Assembly (NCBI RefSeq): GCF_006345805.1
Contig: NC_043015.1
Coordinates: 51,584,001 to 51,648,000, forward strand
Length of the DNA: 64,000 nt
Source: Octopus sinensis
Lineage: Eukaryota
Direction of reading: 5' to 3'
Shown here: positions 1 through 12,570 of the stretch, piece by piece
How positions within the stretch are numbered: position 1 is the stretch's first letter
Layout of the letters: every line of letters begins with the position of its first letter
Position numbers and translations under genes: made by a program
The notes under the pieces: generated by a model
Told to the model about the DNA's origin: nothing
Databases searched by the model: none
Seen by the model: the letters and a program-made list of their open reading frames with translations, nothing else

Positions 1-100
1 TTTCAAAAGAACCTATGTCTCAGAGTCCCTTGCCCTGATGAATCGAGTGGGTAATTAACAGATATTCATGAACACATAGTCATAAAGAAAAAGCTGTTAC

Positions 101-144
101 CTTGTGATGAAAGACAACAGCGATTAGCACATTCACGTTCAAAT
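101..144 (-). CDS. Candidate internal coding exon (phase 2 to phase 1), reading (R)FERECANRCCLSSQ(G)
   Basis: Minus strand tctaggcag|ATTTGAACGT...TCATCACAAG|gtaaca. Open in the frame required by the exon at 2270-2292. Protein not recognised. Confidence 0.3.
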
Positions 145-1307
145 CTGCCTAGACGTATTAAGAATCCATATGCAAATCATCGCTTTCACCCTATCTATTT
201 ACCGTGCTTATGAAGTTTTTTTATTTTATCAAGAAAGTAGTTTTATTGAAAATTGATTGGTGGATTCTTAAAAAAGACTAGCCAATGATTAATGAAGAAT
301 TTAGCAGACCATTAAAATATTCATATCACTGTTGAACGATCTTCTTTGAATCGTTAATCAGTATTTCGCATTGGAAGCAAAAGAATTTGCGAGAGGAACA
401 TAATCTTACTTTATACGAGGGTAAATTTCTTTTATAAAATTCTTGCGCTATGTTATCGGAAAATACACACATTTAAAACATCTTTCGCTTTTCATGCCTC
501 CGATTTCTTACCGAATCTTAAATTCAACACGTTTGCATATCAAGCCAATGAACTGTCATCATTGTCTACATAGAACTCTTTACAAGGATAAGCTTTTAAA
601 TGTCTATTATTACCGTTAGAACTAATTGTTACTTTCGGATTTCAAAACGCGATCTTTCGAATTTTGGTAGACCTTTATTTTCACGATATTCATTTTCGTA
701 GTTTCTACCAATACCTTTAAACTTTGCCTAGAAGGTATTACAATTAGCTTTGCAGCTTTGATCTTTAAAACTGGAAAACTCTGCTAATTCTGGGTCCTGC
801 ATTCAACGTTAGTTTAACGCGAGCAAATCATGAACCTTGTTGAAAGGTGGAGCGCTTTAAGCTCAAATATCTCACATCACTGAGATCTTCTCTTAAAGTC
901 AAAAACATAATCATATGCCATTTCTAGGAATCTGGATAATCCAAGATGTGCACTAATGTATACAACTGTGTGTGTATGCATATGTGTGTGCATATATACG
1001 TATGTGTGTATATCTAATAATGCATTTATGCTTGTATTTATATATAAGGCATATACATATATATATACGCATCTCTCTCTCTCTATGCATATTTTAATTA
1101 GAATCTTCTCGTTGTCCAATGTGCAGCGATTGGATAACATTAATACAACAGACACAAATACTCGAACACTGTCATACAAACACACACATATACACAATTA
1201 ACCGAGCTCCCTAATTAACGACTAGAAAATTTTAATTAAGAGACAAGGGATTACAAATAATTCTTTTTATAAAACGTGTGAATGTGTGTGTGTGTGTATG
1301 TATGTAT

Positions 1308-1500
1308 GCGCAGGCATGGCTGTGTGGTAAGAAGCTGGCTTCCCAACCACACCACATGGTTTCGGGTTCAGTCCCGCTACGTGGCACCTTGGGCAAGTGT
1401 CTTCTACTATAGCCCCGGGCCGACCAAAGCCTTGTAAGTGGATTTGGTAGATGGAAACTGAAAGAAGACCTCATATATATCTTTTTGTGTCCCCCAACTA
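1308..1500 (+). mobile_element. SINE-A, 5' part
   Basis: tRNA-like head (ggctgtgtggtaagaagc...gggttcagtccc) followed by gtggcaccttgggcaagtgtcttctactatag, matching many other copies in the window. Confidence 0.85.
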
Positions 1501-1530
1501 TCGGTTATATATATATATATATAAATAAAT

Positions 1531-1738
1531 GTGACTTCGTGTGTACCGTTGGCGATTTTTTTTCCTCTGTATTCCCTTCTCTGGATCTTTCCTTCTCCTA
1601 TGTTTCCGACGAAGAGCTCCGCTCGAAACGTTAAACCCTCCTTCTTTCCTTCTTTCCTGAGCGTCCAATAATACTATATTTGTTCCACGTCCTCGCGTTG
1701 TTGTGTTTTTTTTGTGCTTTCTTGTTTGGATTAACTTA
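1531..1738 (+). mobile_element. ~210-bp non-coding Penelope-type element with hammerhead motif, copy 1
   Basis: Near-identical to 12571-12773 (+) and 14973-15183 (-); TA repeats on both sides. Confidence 0.75.
1602..1636 (+). ncRNA. Minimal type I hammerhead ribozyme motif (putative)
   Basis: gttt-CCGACGA-a-GAGC(tcc)GCTC-GAAA-cgtt-aaac: core with U4C and an extra A, 4-bp stem II, palindromic ACGU stem III, 4-bp stem I. Confidence 0.55.
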
Positions 1739-1978
1739 TATATATATAAAATTGCTATTATGTTAAACTGTCACATGTCCAAATGCGTTCTCTTTCAATA
1801 TTTATTTTTGCTTGCAATAGCCGGTTCTTTTGGTCAAACTATCGTATCTCCAGCTGCTTCAGATGCCAAAAATTGTCAAAGTTTAGTACAACGGTTTTGC
1901 TATGGAATGATGAAACTACTTTTTGCGTTTTGTGAAGAAGCAAGGTTTTGGACTTACGAAGCTTCTGAATAATAGCAA

Positions 1979-2036
<58 letters not shown>

Positions 2037-2269
2037 ATATACACACACACATACATACATACTAGATAGACAGATAAATGAAATAAACATCAGAGATGCT
2101 TTGTTCCACGCAGAAACTGCAGGAGCTACTCGGAGGCTTTGCAATGCCGGTAACCCTTCTTTATCTTCAGCCGGTATCTCAGGGTCACAAGCGTTTCGCC
2201 CCTTAGTCTGTACATGTCACCTGACGGCGGGGACTGAGCGAGTCTTAACCTATGGAAAGTTTCACTTAC

Positions 2270-2292
2270 CGTCTGTTATCAGCCATCGCCAT
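2270..2292 (-). CDS. Probable first coding exon of an unidentified host gene (MAMADNR...)
   Basis: Minus strand caagATGGCGATGGCTGATAACAGACG|GTAAGT: good start context, YY1-like AAGATGGCG motif, consensus donor, in unique GC-richer sequence. Confidence 0.5.
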
Positions 2293-2531
2293 CTTGAACT
2301 AGTTTCAGCTGCCGTAGCCATTTCCTTGATGAAATTTCTTCGGCTGTTTGGGTTTGCAGACTTATCTTCTGCAAGAAATAGTGTACAGATTGAATTAGAA
2401 AGCTGCAGCAGTATTTATGTGTGTGCTTGTCTTGTATATATAAATGAAAGGAAAATGCCAAAGAAGTAACTTAAAACCCATATAGGCCCATAAAAAACTT
2501 ACTAGTATTTAGATTAAACGTTATGGTAAGC
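2293..2531. promoter_or_regulatory. Candidate (possibly bidirectional) promoter region
   Basis: Unique sequence upstream of the minus-strand ATG; a plus-strand ATG|GTAAGC lies at 2523-2531. Confidence 0.3.
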
Positions 2532-2989
2532 TTTCACAATCTGGAAGAGGAATGTATGCAACTGTTACCTATGGTTGTCAACTACCTATTGAACATTTCG
2601 TATGGTCAGTCAGATGCTTCCCGGCTAGTTCATGTCCAAACAAGTAGTTTTTGCGTTGCAAAAATGCAAACGGTGAAAATGACCAGTGACAAATTTATAT
2701 GTCTAGATATGCCACTGGCCATTCTGAGTTATTTCTCGTATAGGAAACAGAACAAGCACAAGAGTTTAAAAAGTAAATATGTCTTGGGGTCAATTTGTTA
2801 GACCATACCCTTCAAGGCGGTGCCCCAGCATGGCCGTAGTTCACTGGCTAAAAGAAGTTAACGATAAAAAGAAAGCGTGAAAGATAAATACATAAATAGA
2901 TGAGTTGGATATAATCGTTTTAGCTATAGATGGAAACCGTCATGCAGAACAGGCAGACATGTTATGTTAACGCTGGGGCAATATGGTTC

Positions 2990-3300
2990 TCACTATCTAT
3001 CTATCGGTGTGGTTTTGTATTAAGAATCTTGCTTTTCATCCACGTTTCTGGGTTCAGTCCCACTGCGTGGCACCATGGGCACGTGTCTTCATGTATGTAT
3101 TTGTGCCTGTGTTTGTCCCCCCACCATCACTTGACAAGCGATGTTGGTCTGCTTACGTCCTCGTAACTTAGCAATTCACCATAAGAGACCGATATAATAA
3201 GTACTAGTCTTTAAAAAAAAATAAGCCCTTATGTCGATTTATTCAACTAAACCCCTCTCAAGGCAGTATCGGAGCTAGGCTGCAGGAAAATAACTGAAAC
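2990..3300 (+). mobile_element. SINE-A, degenerate and internally deleted
   Basis: gggttcagtcccactgcgtggcacc and cttgacaagcgatg...gaccgatataataagtactag match the family. Confidence 0.7.
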
Positions 3301-3827
3301 AAACCAAAGATATATATATATTTATATATATCCCACACAGACACAGCTTTAAAAATCTAGTAAACAAAACTTCAAATAAATCGTACCGAGAGGATATTCG
3401 AAATGATTAAAGGTAAAACGAGAATAATATTTACTTTACATAAAACGAAGCGTAATATCAACTCTAGAGTGGGTTGTTGAGTAATTATACTCTAGGTTTA
3501 GTAAACAAATGCATTCAACCATTAACTCATGCAAATGAATACACAGACATAGATATAGAGGAACATAAGACCACATATATATATATATACACACACACAC
3601 ACACGTACATACATATGCATTTCAGCTTATACGATTATTATAAATAAATGTATACATGCATGTACGTGTATACAATTTTAAGTGTATATAGAAGTATATT
3701 AAATTGTGAGTATATGCACGTACCCGCTGTATATCTTCTGTTATTCTCTAATTAATTCCAGGCTGTGAACTGCAGAAGCGCCGCCTATAGGACTGGTACT
3801 GCGTCTACAGTAATTAATATTTACTAA

Positions 3828-4525
3828 CTGTAATGCGGCGAGCTGGCGGAAACGTTGAAATGCTTAGCGCTATTTCGTCTGCTGCCACTACATTCTGACT
3901 TCAAATTCCGCCGAGGTCGACTTTGCTTTTCATCTTTTCGGGATCGGTAAAATAAGTACCAGTTGCGTACTGGTGTCGATCTAATCGATCACCCCCTCCC
4001 CCAAAATTTCAGGACTTGTGCCTAGAGTAGAAAAGATTATTATTCCGGCGAGGTTGACTTTGCCTTTCATCCTTTCGGGGTCGATAAAATAAGTAGCAGT
4101 AAAACACTGGGGGCGATATAATCGCCTGGTCCCCTCCCTCAAAATTTCAGGCCTTGTGCCATTAATAAAAATGATTATTATTATCAAGACGGCGACCTGG
4201 CAGAGACGTTAGCGCGCCGGGCGAAATCCTTAGCGGTATCTCGTCTGCCGAGGTCGACTTTGCCTTTCATCCTTTCGGGGTCGATAAATTAAGTACCAGT
4301 TACGCACTGGGCTCGATATAATCGACATAATCCGTTTGGCTATCCTTGTTTGTCCCCTCTGTGTTTAGCCCCTTGTGGGTAGTAGAGAAATAGGTATTTC
4401 GTCTGCCGCTACATTCTGAGTTCAATTTCCGCAGAGGTCGATCTTTTCGGGGTCGATAAAAGTCGATGCAATCGACTAGTCCCCTCCCCCGAAATTTCAG
4501 GCCTTGTGCCTATAGTAGAAAGGAT
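3828..4525 (+). mobile_element. Cluster of three SINE-M copies, the last with an internal dimer
   Basis: Repeated gagttcaaattccgccgaggtcgactttgcctttcatcctttcggggtcgataaaataagtaccag; A/B-box head; ATT tails. Confidence 0.85.
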
Positions 4526-5290
4526 CAGCATTATTATTATTATTATTCATTGCTTGGTCCATATATTCTATGATAACATGGAGGGCTTGATATCTAAACT
4601 GTAAGCCTTAGCCAAGAATAGGATGATAGCTTAATATAATTTCACCAAATAATATTCTGATGGAAGAAAACCATTAAACTGACACGTACTAGTCAAGAGT
4701 AATATTATTTATGGTGCAGTCTTTTTTATTCTGCTCGTACTGCTTATCAGATAAAAAGCCGCCGTTTCCTACTTAATATAGATGTTACGCGGAAATTTCT
4801 TTTCCTACAGACACCGTGCGTTTGTCTGCATGTATGTATGAGCAAATCTATGTTTGTGCGTGTGTATATATTATATATAGGAGTGTGTGCGTTCGTTCGT
4901 TCGTGTTTTAAGAGGTATACCATAAAAACATTAACTGTAACACAATAAAACATTAAGGTTGTAGCTTAAACCATTAAGCGTTGTAACATGGTGATGTTAG
5001 CGGCCAGTTTATTATTTATTATACCTGAGTAGAAATGTTTTGTTGTCGGAAGGGGTTCTAAAGTACTTGAAAAATCTAAAAGCATTTTGTAGGATTGTGA
5101 GGAAAACTTTCACGGCATTCCTCTATAATGAATTCGACACGTTTTTGTGGTTGGCTTTTGTTGTTTAGCCCAAGGTCTGTCTTAATCAAGCAAGCCTTGC
5201 GATTAAAGTATTCTATCCGTGTCAACCCTAGTGTTTCTAATGTACGAGAAAGTCTGACGGAAATTATCAGATGCGCCAAAGTAGATTGGA

Positions 5291-5703
5291 GGGTACAACT
5301 TAAATACAGAGGTCCCGACACACCCACGTAAACGTAACCCTAAAAACTAACCCCCTAACCCCAAAATTACCCCTAACGAGTGTGGGTACTATTTAAAAAG
5401 AGTAGTCCCGGTGCGCACACTCGCGTACTCGCGCATCCGCGCTAGCTAGCCGTGACTAGTCGATCCTGCAACGACTACCTAGCAAAGTAAATAAAACAAA
5501 ATAATTTTTATTTTACATAAAGTAAATAATTTTTTTAAAACAAAGTAAATAAAACACGAAGTAAGGATCGACTAGTCACGACTAGCTTGCGCGAGTACGC
5601 GAGTGCACGCACTGGGACCAGTCTTCTTAAATAGTACCCGAGTGTGCACTGTAAAAACATCATTACGTAGATGCACCGGGACATCCGTATTTAAATAGTG
5701 CCG
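5291..5703. mobile_element. MITE with GGGTAC-type TIRs (outer element), 6-bp TSD attgga/atggga
   Basis: TIRs gggtacaacttaaatacagagg and its decayed reverse complement; uninterrupted relative at 6253-6357. Confidence 0.75.
5384..5639. mobile_element. Nested MITE with ~80-bp TIRs and perfect 6-bp TSD gagtgt
   Basis: gggtactatttaa...gactagtcgatcct mirrored by aggatcgactagtc...ttaaatagtaccc; gagtgt at 5378-5383 and 5640-5645. Confidence 0.9.
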
Positions 5704-6252
5704 ATGGGAGTGATGTGAGGGTGATTTGACAGCTATCTCTTGCATGTCGAACGACTACGTAAAAGTTCCCTCGTTTGGCCTCTGAATTCATTATATTTAT
5801 GTTTAATGTGAAATTATTTTCTTCTCAATGAGAAGAAGAACCTTTCTGGTTCATGCTATTTGTTTATTATGTACATCCTAACGTAGCAACCACGTAGTGC
5901 AGGAAAAGAATTGATACATTTTAGGTGAACCGAGGTTCCCAATTAGTTTTGGTTCTTGATTAAAGCCATATTCTAAGCATTAATATCGGCCTGAATTTCC
6001 TCTAAAACAGCCCACTTTAATTCTTTATTAAAGTGCAAGAACTTTCAGTGTTATTGAAAAAAATATCCACTATTTCAGCTTCAGATTATTTTAACGTTAA
6101 ATCGACACAGAATAGAAACAAAACAACTACCCCCGCCCCAACCACAAAAAAAAATCCAAATGTCTGAAAAACAAAACCCCGAAAATATCGTGTAATGAAG
6201 TCCGTAATAAATTATATATTGGAAAAAGAACCAAGATGGTACGGTCATAGTA

Positions 6253-6357
6253 GGGTACTACTTAAGTGCAGAGGACTCGACTCATCGACGTAACCCTAAC
6301 GAGAGTGCACTGTAAAAAGATCGTTTGCGTTGGGACCTCTGTATTTAAGTAGCATCC
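6253..6357. mobile_element. 105-bp MITE, same family as the outer element at 5291
   Basis: 22-bp imperfect TIRs; flanks atagta/ttagta; contains the empty site aacgagagtgcactgtaaaaa. Confidence 0.8.
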
Positions 6358-6675
6358 TTAGTAGGAAGGCCTTTAAACACAAACCTGATAGTCTGGTTGG
6401 GTCCGAGTGTAAAAACAACAGAATATTTCTGGCGTTTAATTTTCGGACATAAAACGGTTAAACATTTCAGTGGAAGCTGTGAGAGCTGGAATTTAGGGTA
6501 GAAACGACAAAAATAAGTATTAAATTATAAAAAGAAAATTAACTTTATTACTTACGGTAATCCCTAACGTGGCTTGTGTAGTAAGCTCCAGGAAAACTGC
6601 TGTTGCATTGTTTGTATGTCTTTATTGAAGGCTTTTCGGTTTATTCACCTCTCCAATATAATACAAGAGAAGGAA

Positions 6676-7975
6676 GGCGGCGAGCTGGCAGAACCATCAG
6701 CACTCCGGACACAATGCTTAGCGGTGTTACGCTTGTTTACGTTCCGTGTTCAAATTCCGCCCAGGTGGAATTTGCTTTTCATCCTTTCAGGCTTGATAAA
6801 AATTAGCACCAGTTAAGCACCGGGATCAATGTAAGACATTCCCCTACGATTGCTAACATTGTGTGACAAAATTTGAAGCAAATTTCACTCCCTCTTGCTA
6901 TTACAAAGTGTACATGCTATGTAATAGCTAAAGGGGGGACAACATTACACTCCCAGCGTATCTTGGCTTAGCGTAATTTCTTCTGAGTTCAAATTCCGTT
7001 GAGGTCGACTTTGCCTTTCATCCAATCAGGATCGATAAAATAAGTACCAGTTGAGTGCTGGAGGATTGGTGTAATCGACTTAACTCTTCCCTTCAAAAGA
7101 CTGCTGGCCTTGTTCCCACAATTAAAAAAAAGAAAAAAAGTGGTTACTAGGCAGGTGAGCTGGGGATATTCGTTAGCACATCGGACAAAATACTTACGTC
7201 TTTACGTTCTGAGTTCAAATTCCGCCGAGGGTCGACTTTGTTTTTTATCCTTTCGTAGTCGATAAAATAAGTGCCAGTTGAGCACTGGTGGTGGTGGTGG
7301 GGTGTAATCGACGTTTCTTTTCCCTCAAAAACTGTTGGCCGTGTGTCAAAAATTTGAAACGATTATTTGCGATTAATATGGTGGCTAACTGGCAGAATCT
7401 TTCGGGGTCGATAAATTAAGTACCAGTTTCGCACTGGTATCTATGTAATCGACTTAATTCCTTTGTCTGTTCTTGTTTGTCCCCTCTATGTTTAGCCCCT
7501 TGTGGGCAATAAAGAAATAAGAATCTTTAGCATGCCGGATACAGTACCTAACGGACATTTCTTCCAACACTTTACATTCCGAGTTCAAATGCCACCGAGG
7601 TCGACTTTTGTCTTTAATCTTTTCAGAGTAATCGAACTCATAAAAACTGCTGATGCTGAGGAAAAAATTTGAAGCTATTGTTTGTGCTGAAAATTATGCT
7701 AAAGCGAAAGATCGCCTTAACGAGTCTACCGGCTCGTCGCCTTAAAAATGTAAACCATATTCGTTTCAGATTTTATCACGAGGCCAGACATTTTAGGGGC
7801 AGGATTCAAATTGATTATATCGACCTCACTGATCAACTGATGCTTATCATATTGACCCTGAAAGGATAAAAGGCAAAGTCGACCTCGGCGGAATTTGAAC
7901 TCAGAACGTAATGGCAGACAAAATACTGCTAAACATTTCGCCTGGCATGCTAACGATTCTACCTGCTCGCCACTT
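6676..7975. mobile_element. Cluster of degenerate SINE-M copies (mostly +; 7858-7975 on -)
   Basis: Multiple gagttcaaattccg...gtcgactttg...gtcgataaaataagtaccagt blocks. Confidence 0.8.
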
Positions 7976-8031
7976 TTAAAATGTAAACTATATTGATGTC
8001 GTATATTGTTTGTTCCTTCTCGAGCCACGCC

Positions 8032-8283
8032 TGGATCATAGGGCCGGTTTCCCGGTTTACCTTGGCGTACGGGACGCCGGTCTGTCGCAGGTGAGCTGAA
8101 AGATGCAGGAGGAAAGAGTGAGAGAAAGTTGTGGCGAAAGAGTCAGCAGAAGTTCGCCATTAACTTCTGCCGGAGTCGCGTGGAACTTAGGTGTTTCGCT
8201 CATGAACACACACATCGCCCGGTCTGAGATTCGAACCCGCGATCCCCCGACCGCGAGTCCTCTGCTCTAACCACTAGGCCACG
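8032..8283 (-). mobile_element. tRNA-headed SINE (tRNA-Arg-like head)
   Basis: Minus strand cgtggcctagtggttagagc...gcgggttcgaatc; 3' end shared with 20577-20790. Confidence 0.75.
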
Positions 8284-9020
8284 ATGTCTAATATTAGCTT
8301 ATACAAAAAATTCGTGGAGTCCTTCTGTGAAGATCCTTGCAGGTCATTTTTTAAATTGAAAAGCGAACAGAAAAAGAAATATTGAACTCTGTAACCCCAA
8401 CGTTTTTGTCTATTTTTTTTTTTTTGCTTCAAATAACAATATCAAAAATATATTTTAGAATAGTATATTGAGGATGCAGTTTCGGTTCCTTATTGGAACA
8501 CCTGAAATTAATCGTTTAATCAATCAGAAAAGTGACTGATATACTTTCCGCGTACAACTATTTAAGAAATAACTAATTTTAAAATCTCGAGTTACGTTCT
8601 GCTGAAGAGAGCAGGAGGATGTACTATCCACGCTTACCATAGACTTTCAGAAGTTTATCCCAAGACACAATAAAAGGATTATAATGAAAATATATGTAAG
8701 CTCTTTCCAACTCTTAGATAATGATTTTTCAACGTAAGAAAAATAAGCTTAGAAGTGATACTCTCCCATTTAGTAGTTTGGTCTCCTCTTAAGTAGCAAT
8801 TTCCAGTAATTCCACAAAGTTCAATGGATTTTCGCCATATTTAGAGATGCTGTCTCGTCTGTAGACTTGCTACATTAATGTGACGTCTTTTATAAGCATT
8901 GGTAACTTCTACTGATTGGAATTGTTATCTTCAGTTTGCCTTTTTCATTTCAAGCGGTAGAATTGAAGAAATCTTGTAGTCTTCTATCCCATCTTCAATT
9001 GTAAATTATATAACGATGTC

Positions 9021-9450
9021 TGGATCTTTTCGGTTTGAACGGTAGTTTTTTCTAGCGGTGTCATATGAAATTGTCACCCATAATTATGACTCTAGTAATG
9101 ATCTATTGCATTTCAATCTGTTATAGGGTTAGGGTTAGTTAGGGTTAGAGGTGGGGGGAAGGGTATCTGTTTTTCTTCAGAAATGTAAATAAACCCAATC
9201 TGTTTCTTAAACGAGGGACATATTCATACGGCACAGAATGTTTTCACCTCAATAGACGTCATTGATTGGTTGAAATTCCAGAAATTGAAGAAAAAACAAC
9301 AACAAATATCTTACAAACTATAGAATTTTCTCAATAAAGTCAAGAGAAAAAGATGTTTTATAAACAAATTCTATCAGTATATGAAGTTTAAAAGTGTTTA
9401 GTTACGTGGAAATTATTTTAAAAAACTGCCGGCCAAACCGAAAAGATCCC
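9021..9450. mobile_element. 430-bp non-autonomous DNA transposon with ~29-bp TIRs, 6-bp TSD gatgtc and internal TTAGGG repeats
   Basis: (t)ggatcttttcggtttgaacggtagttttt / aaaaactgccggccaaaccgaaaagatccc; gatgtc at 9015-9020 and 9451-9456. Confidence 0.9.
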
Positions 9451-9589
9451 GATGTCTTGTACAAGCAATGAAGGAACATCTATGTGGTCTGTTCGACATA
9501 CTAGACGTAACTGTCAGTATCCCTCAAATCGCTCCCACAATGAAAACAGGCGCTAATGTTACAGAATATATTCATTAGATAAGGCGGTG

Positions 9590-9905
9590 AGCTGGGAAGA
9601 AACGCTAGCACCCTGGGCGAAATGCTTATCGGTATTTCGTCTGTCTTTACGTTCTGAGTTCAAATTCCGCCGAGGTCGACTTTGTCTTTCATACTTTCGG
9701 GGTCGATAAATTAAGTATCAGTTGCGTCGAGGTCGACTTTGCCTTTCATTCTTTCGGGGTCGGATAGAATAAGTACCAGTGAAACACTGAGGCTGGGTGG
9801 GATGGGGTGGGGGTTGTTGTTGATGTAATCGACAAGTCCCTTCCCCCAACACTTTAGACCTTGTGCCTTCTGTAGAAAGGATTATTATTATTATTATTAT
9901 TATTA

Positions 9906-9937
<32 letters not shown>

Positions 9938-10085
9938 CATTATATTATTATTATTATTATTATAAGCTGAGGGAATCGTTAGCACGGCGGACGAAACGTT
10001 TAGCGGCATTTCGTCCGGTTTTACGTTCTGAGTTCAAATTCCACCGATGTGGTCGACCAAACCGTTCATCCCTTCGGAGTTGATG
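9590..10085 (+). mobile_element. SINE-M copies separated by (ATT)n
   Basis: Family consensus blocks at 9590-9880 and 9965-10085. Confidence 0.8.
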
Positions 10086-10134
10086 AATTATGAACCGATC
10101 AAGCAGTGAGGGGTTGATGACACTAAAATTTCGT

Positions 10135-10151
10135 TATTATTATTATCATCA

Positions 10152-10195
<44 letters not shown>

Positions 10196-10219
10196 TTATT
10201 ATTATTATTATTATTATTA

Positions 10220-10265
<46 letters not shown>

Positions 10266-10360
10266 CATTATTATAGTTATTATTATTATTATTATTATTA
10301 TTATCATTATTATCATTATTACTATTATTATTACTATCATCATTATTATTATTATTATTA
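10135..10360. repeat. (ATT)n microsatellite
   Basis: Direct observation. Confidence 0.95.
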
Positions 10361-10689
10361 TCGATTTCTGTCCAACAAGCCCTCACATTTTTCAATTTCC
10401 TGACATAAGTCAATATATCTAATTCTTCGATGATGGGCGCCATTGATTATGAAAGTCAGGTAAACAGTGGTGTCATTTGATGTTTCCTTTCATTTCTAAC
10501 GTATCAGTGAGATAAAAACCATCGTTAATGTCAGCGAGTATCATTATATACATCAGCCACTAACAACTTGAACCCTATCATATGAACTAGGAAATACACA
10601 CCAATTAACGTTAATGCGATGCACCGATATTTGTTTAGTGATTAAACACATTGGCTTAAGGTTTATAGGTTAGATTAGTTTTAGCGGAG

Positions 10690-10731
10690 CATGTATACGA
10701 TATATATATATATATATAATATATATATTGT

Positions 10732-10774
<43 letters not shown>

Positions 10775-10784
10775 TATATATTAG

Positions 10785-10856
<72 letters not shown>

Positions 10857-11017
10857 TATATGTAATATATATATGTACATATACACATATATATATATAC
10901 ATACACACACATATATATATACATACACATACGCACACACACACACACACATATAAATAATATATATATATATGTATATATGTACGTATATATATATATA
11001 TGAATATATTATGTAAT

Positions 11018-11070
<53 letters not shown>

Positions 11071-11422
11071 TTGTTCGTGCACACGTATGTATACATATAT
11101 GCGTGGGTATACGTATATGTGCTTGTATATTTTATGTGTGTATTATGTATGCGTGTGTGTATATATATACGTATAATATGAATATATATATGTATATTAT
11201 ATGTGTGTGTTGTGTGTGTGCACGTGAGTTCGTACGTGTATACGTATGGGTGTGTGTATACGTGTGCGTGTGTATATGCGCGTATATATATGAATGTGTA
11301 TATGTATGTGTGCACATACAAATATGTTTGTGTGTGTATATATGTGTGTATATCTATATATATATATGTGTGTGCTCGTGTGTTCGTGCGTGTATACATG
11401 TGTGTGTATACGTACGCGTGAG

Positions 11423-11462
<40 letters not shown>

Positions 11463-11506
11463 CATGAATGTGTACATATATATATGTATACATATATGTT
11501 TGCGTG

Positions 11507-11538
<32 letters not shown>

Positions 11539-11585
11539 TGTATGTATGTATGTATGTATCTATCTATCATCTATCTATCTATATT
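10690..11585. repeat. Compound (TA)n/(TG)n/(TATG)n microsatellite field
   Basis: Direct observation. Confidence 0.95.
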
Positions 11586-12570
11586 TGTGCGAGTGCGTGT
11601 GCGTGAATTCGCGTGCACTTGTGGTTAGGCTGTTGCCCTCACAATCACAAAACAATGGTTTCGATTCCCAGGGCGGTGTAACGTTTGGTTCTTGAGCCAC
11701 AAACACTGTGATTTCACGATACCCGAGTCCACTCTGCTGTAAATGGGCAATACATCGATGGACCTTTGACCCGTCTGCGCAGCCAAAAGGATGGCATGGT
11801 TCTAAAGCAACAACAATGTGCGCAAGCGCATTGTGACCAACGATGGACAACATCCCCTGCGTGCGTTTTTGTCCCCACCCCACCACCATCACTTATCAAC
11901 CGACGTCGGTGTGTTTACGTCCCCAGTAACTTGGCGATTCTGCAAAAGTTACCGATGGAATGAGTTCTAGGCTTACAAAGAATAAGTTCTGGAGTTGATT
12001 TCTGAGACTAAAACTCTTTAAGGCATTGCTCCAGCTTGGCTGTGTTCCACAGGATGAGCAATTGAATTTAGCGAGCAAAGATAGATGTGACTCATCGGAC
12101 AAACTTTCACACAGTTTCTGTCAACGAAATCTCGCTCACAAAACTCCTGTGAGATTATCGTGGGAGACAAACGGGAAATGACAACGCAGCGGCGAAGCTA
12201 ATTTCTTAGTAACACTGCCATAACTGCACCAAGTTTTTGCAAAAAATACCTGTTACATTAATATTTAACGAAAGACTATTTTAAGTTATTAGCTATTTAA
12301 AAACACTTTAAAAGAATTGAAGCACAAATCTTTGGAGAAGGAGTTTCCGCATGCTATGAATTTTGTGTGTTAGCACTTTCGATGTTCATCTCCTCAAATA
12401 CACGTGTTCAGATCTATTAGCAAGAGGTTTGTGAAAAGTTTATTTTTAAATATAATTCTTAGTCGTTCGACTAAATTTCTTCAAGACAGTGCTCCAGCTT
12501 GGCCGAGCTCTAATGACTGAAGCAAGTAAGTAAGTTAACAACATAAAAAACACTTCTTTAAACATATAAA

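Noticed and set aside
512-570. Minus-strand exon candidate (tag|ACAATG...TTCG|gtaaga)
   Set aside because: Stop codons in all three frames
2523-2801. 92-aa ORF
   Set aside because: No recognisable domain; the ATG is immediately followed by a donor-like GTAAG, so the rest is more likely intron or chance
9121-9150. True interstitial telomere or fusion scar
   Set aside because: Only a few repeat units, enclosed in a TIR/TSD-bounded transposon
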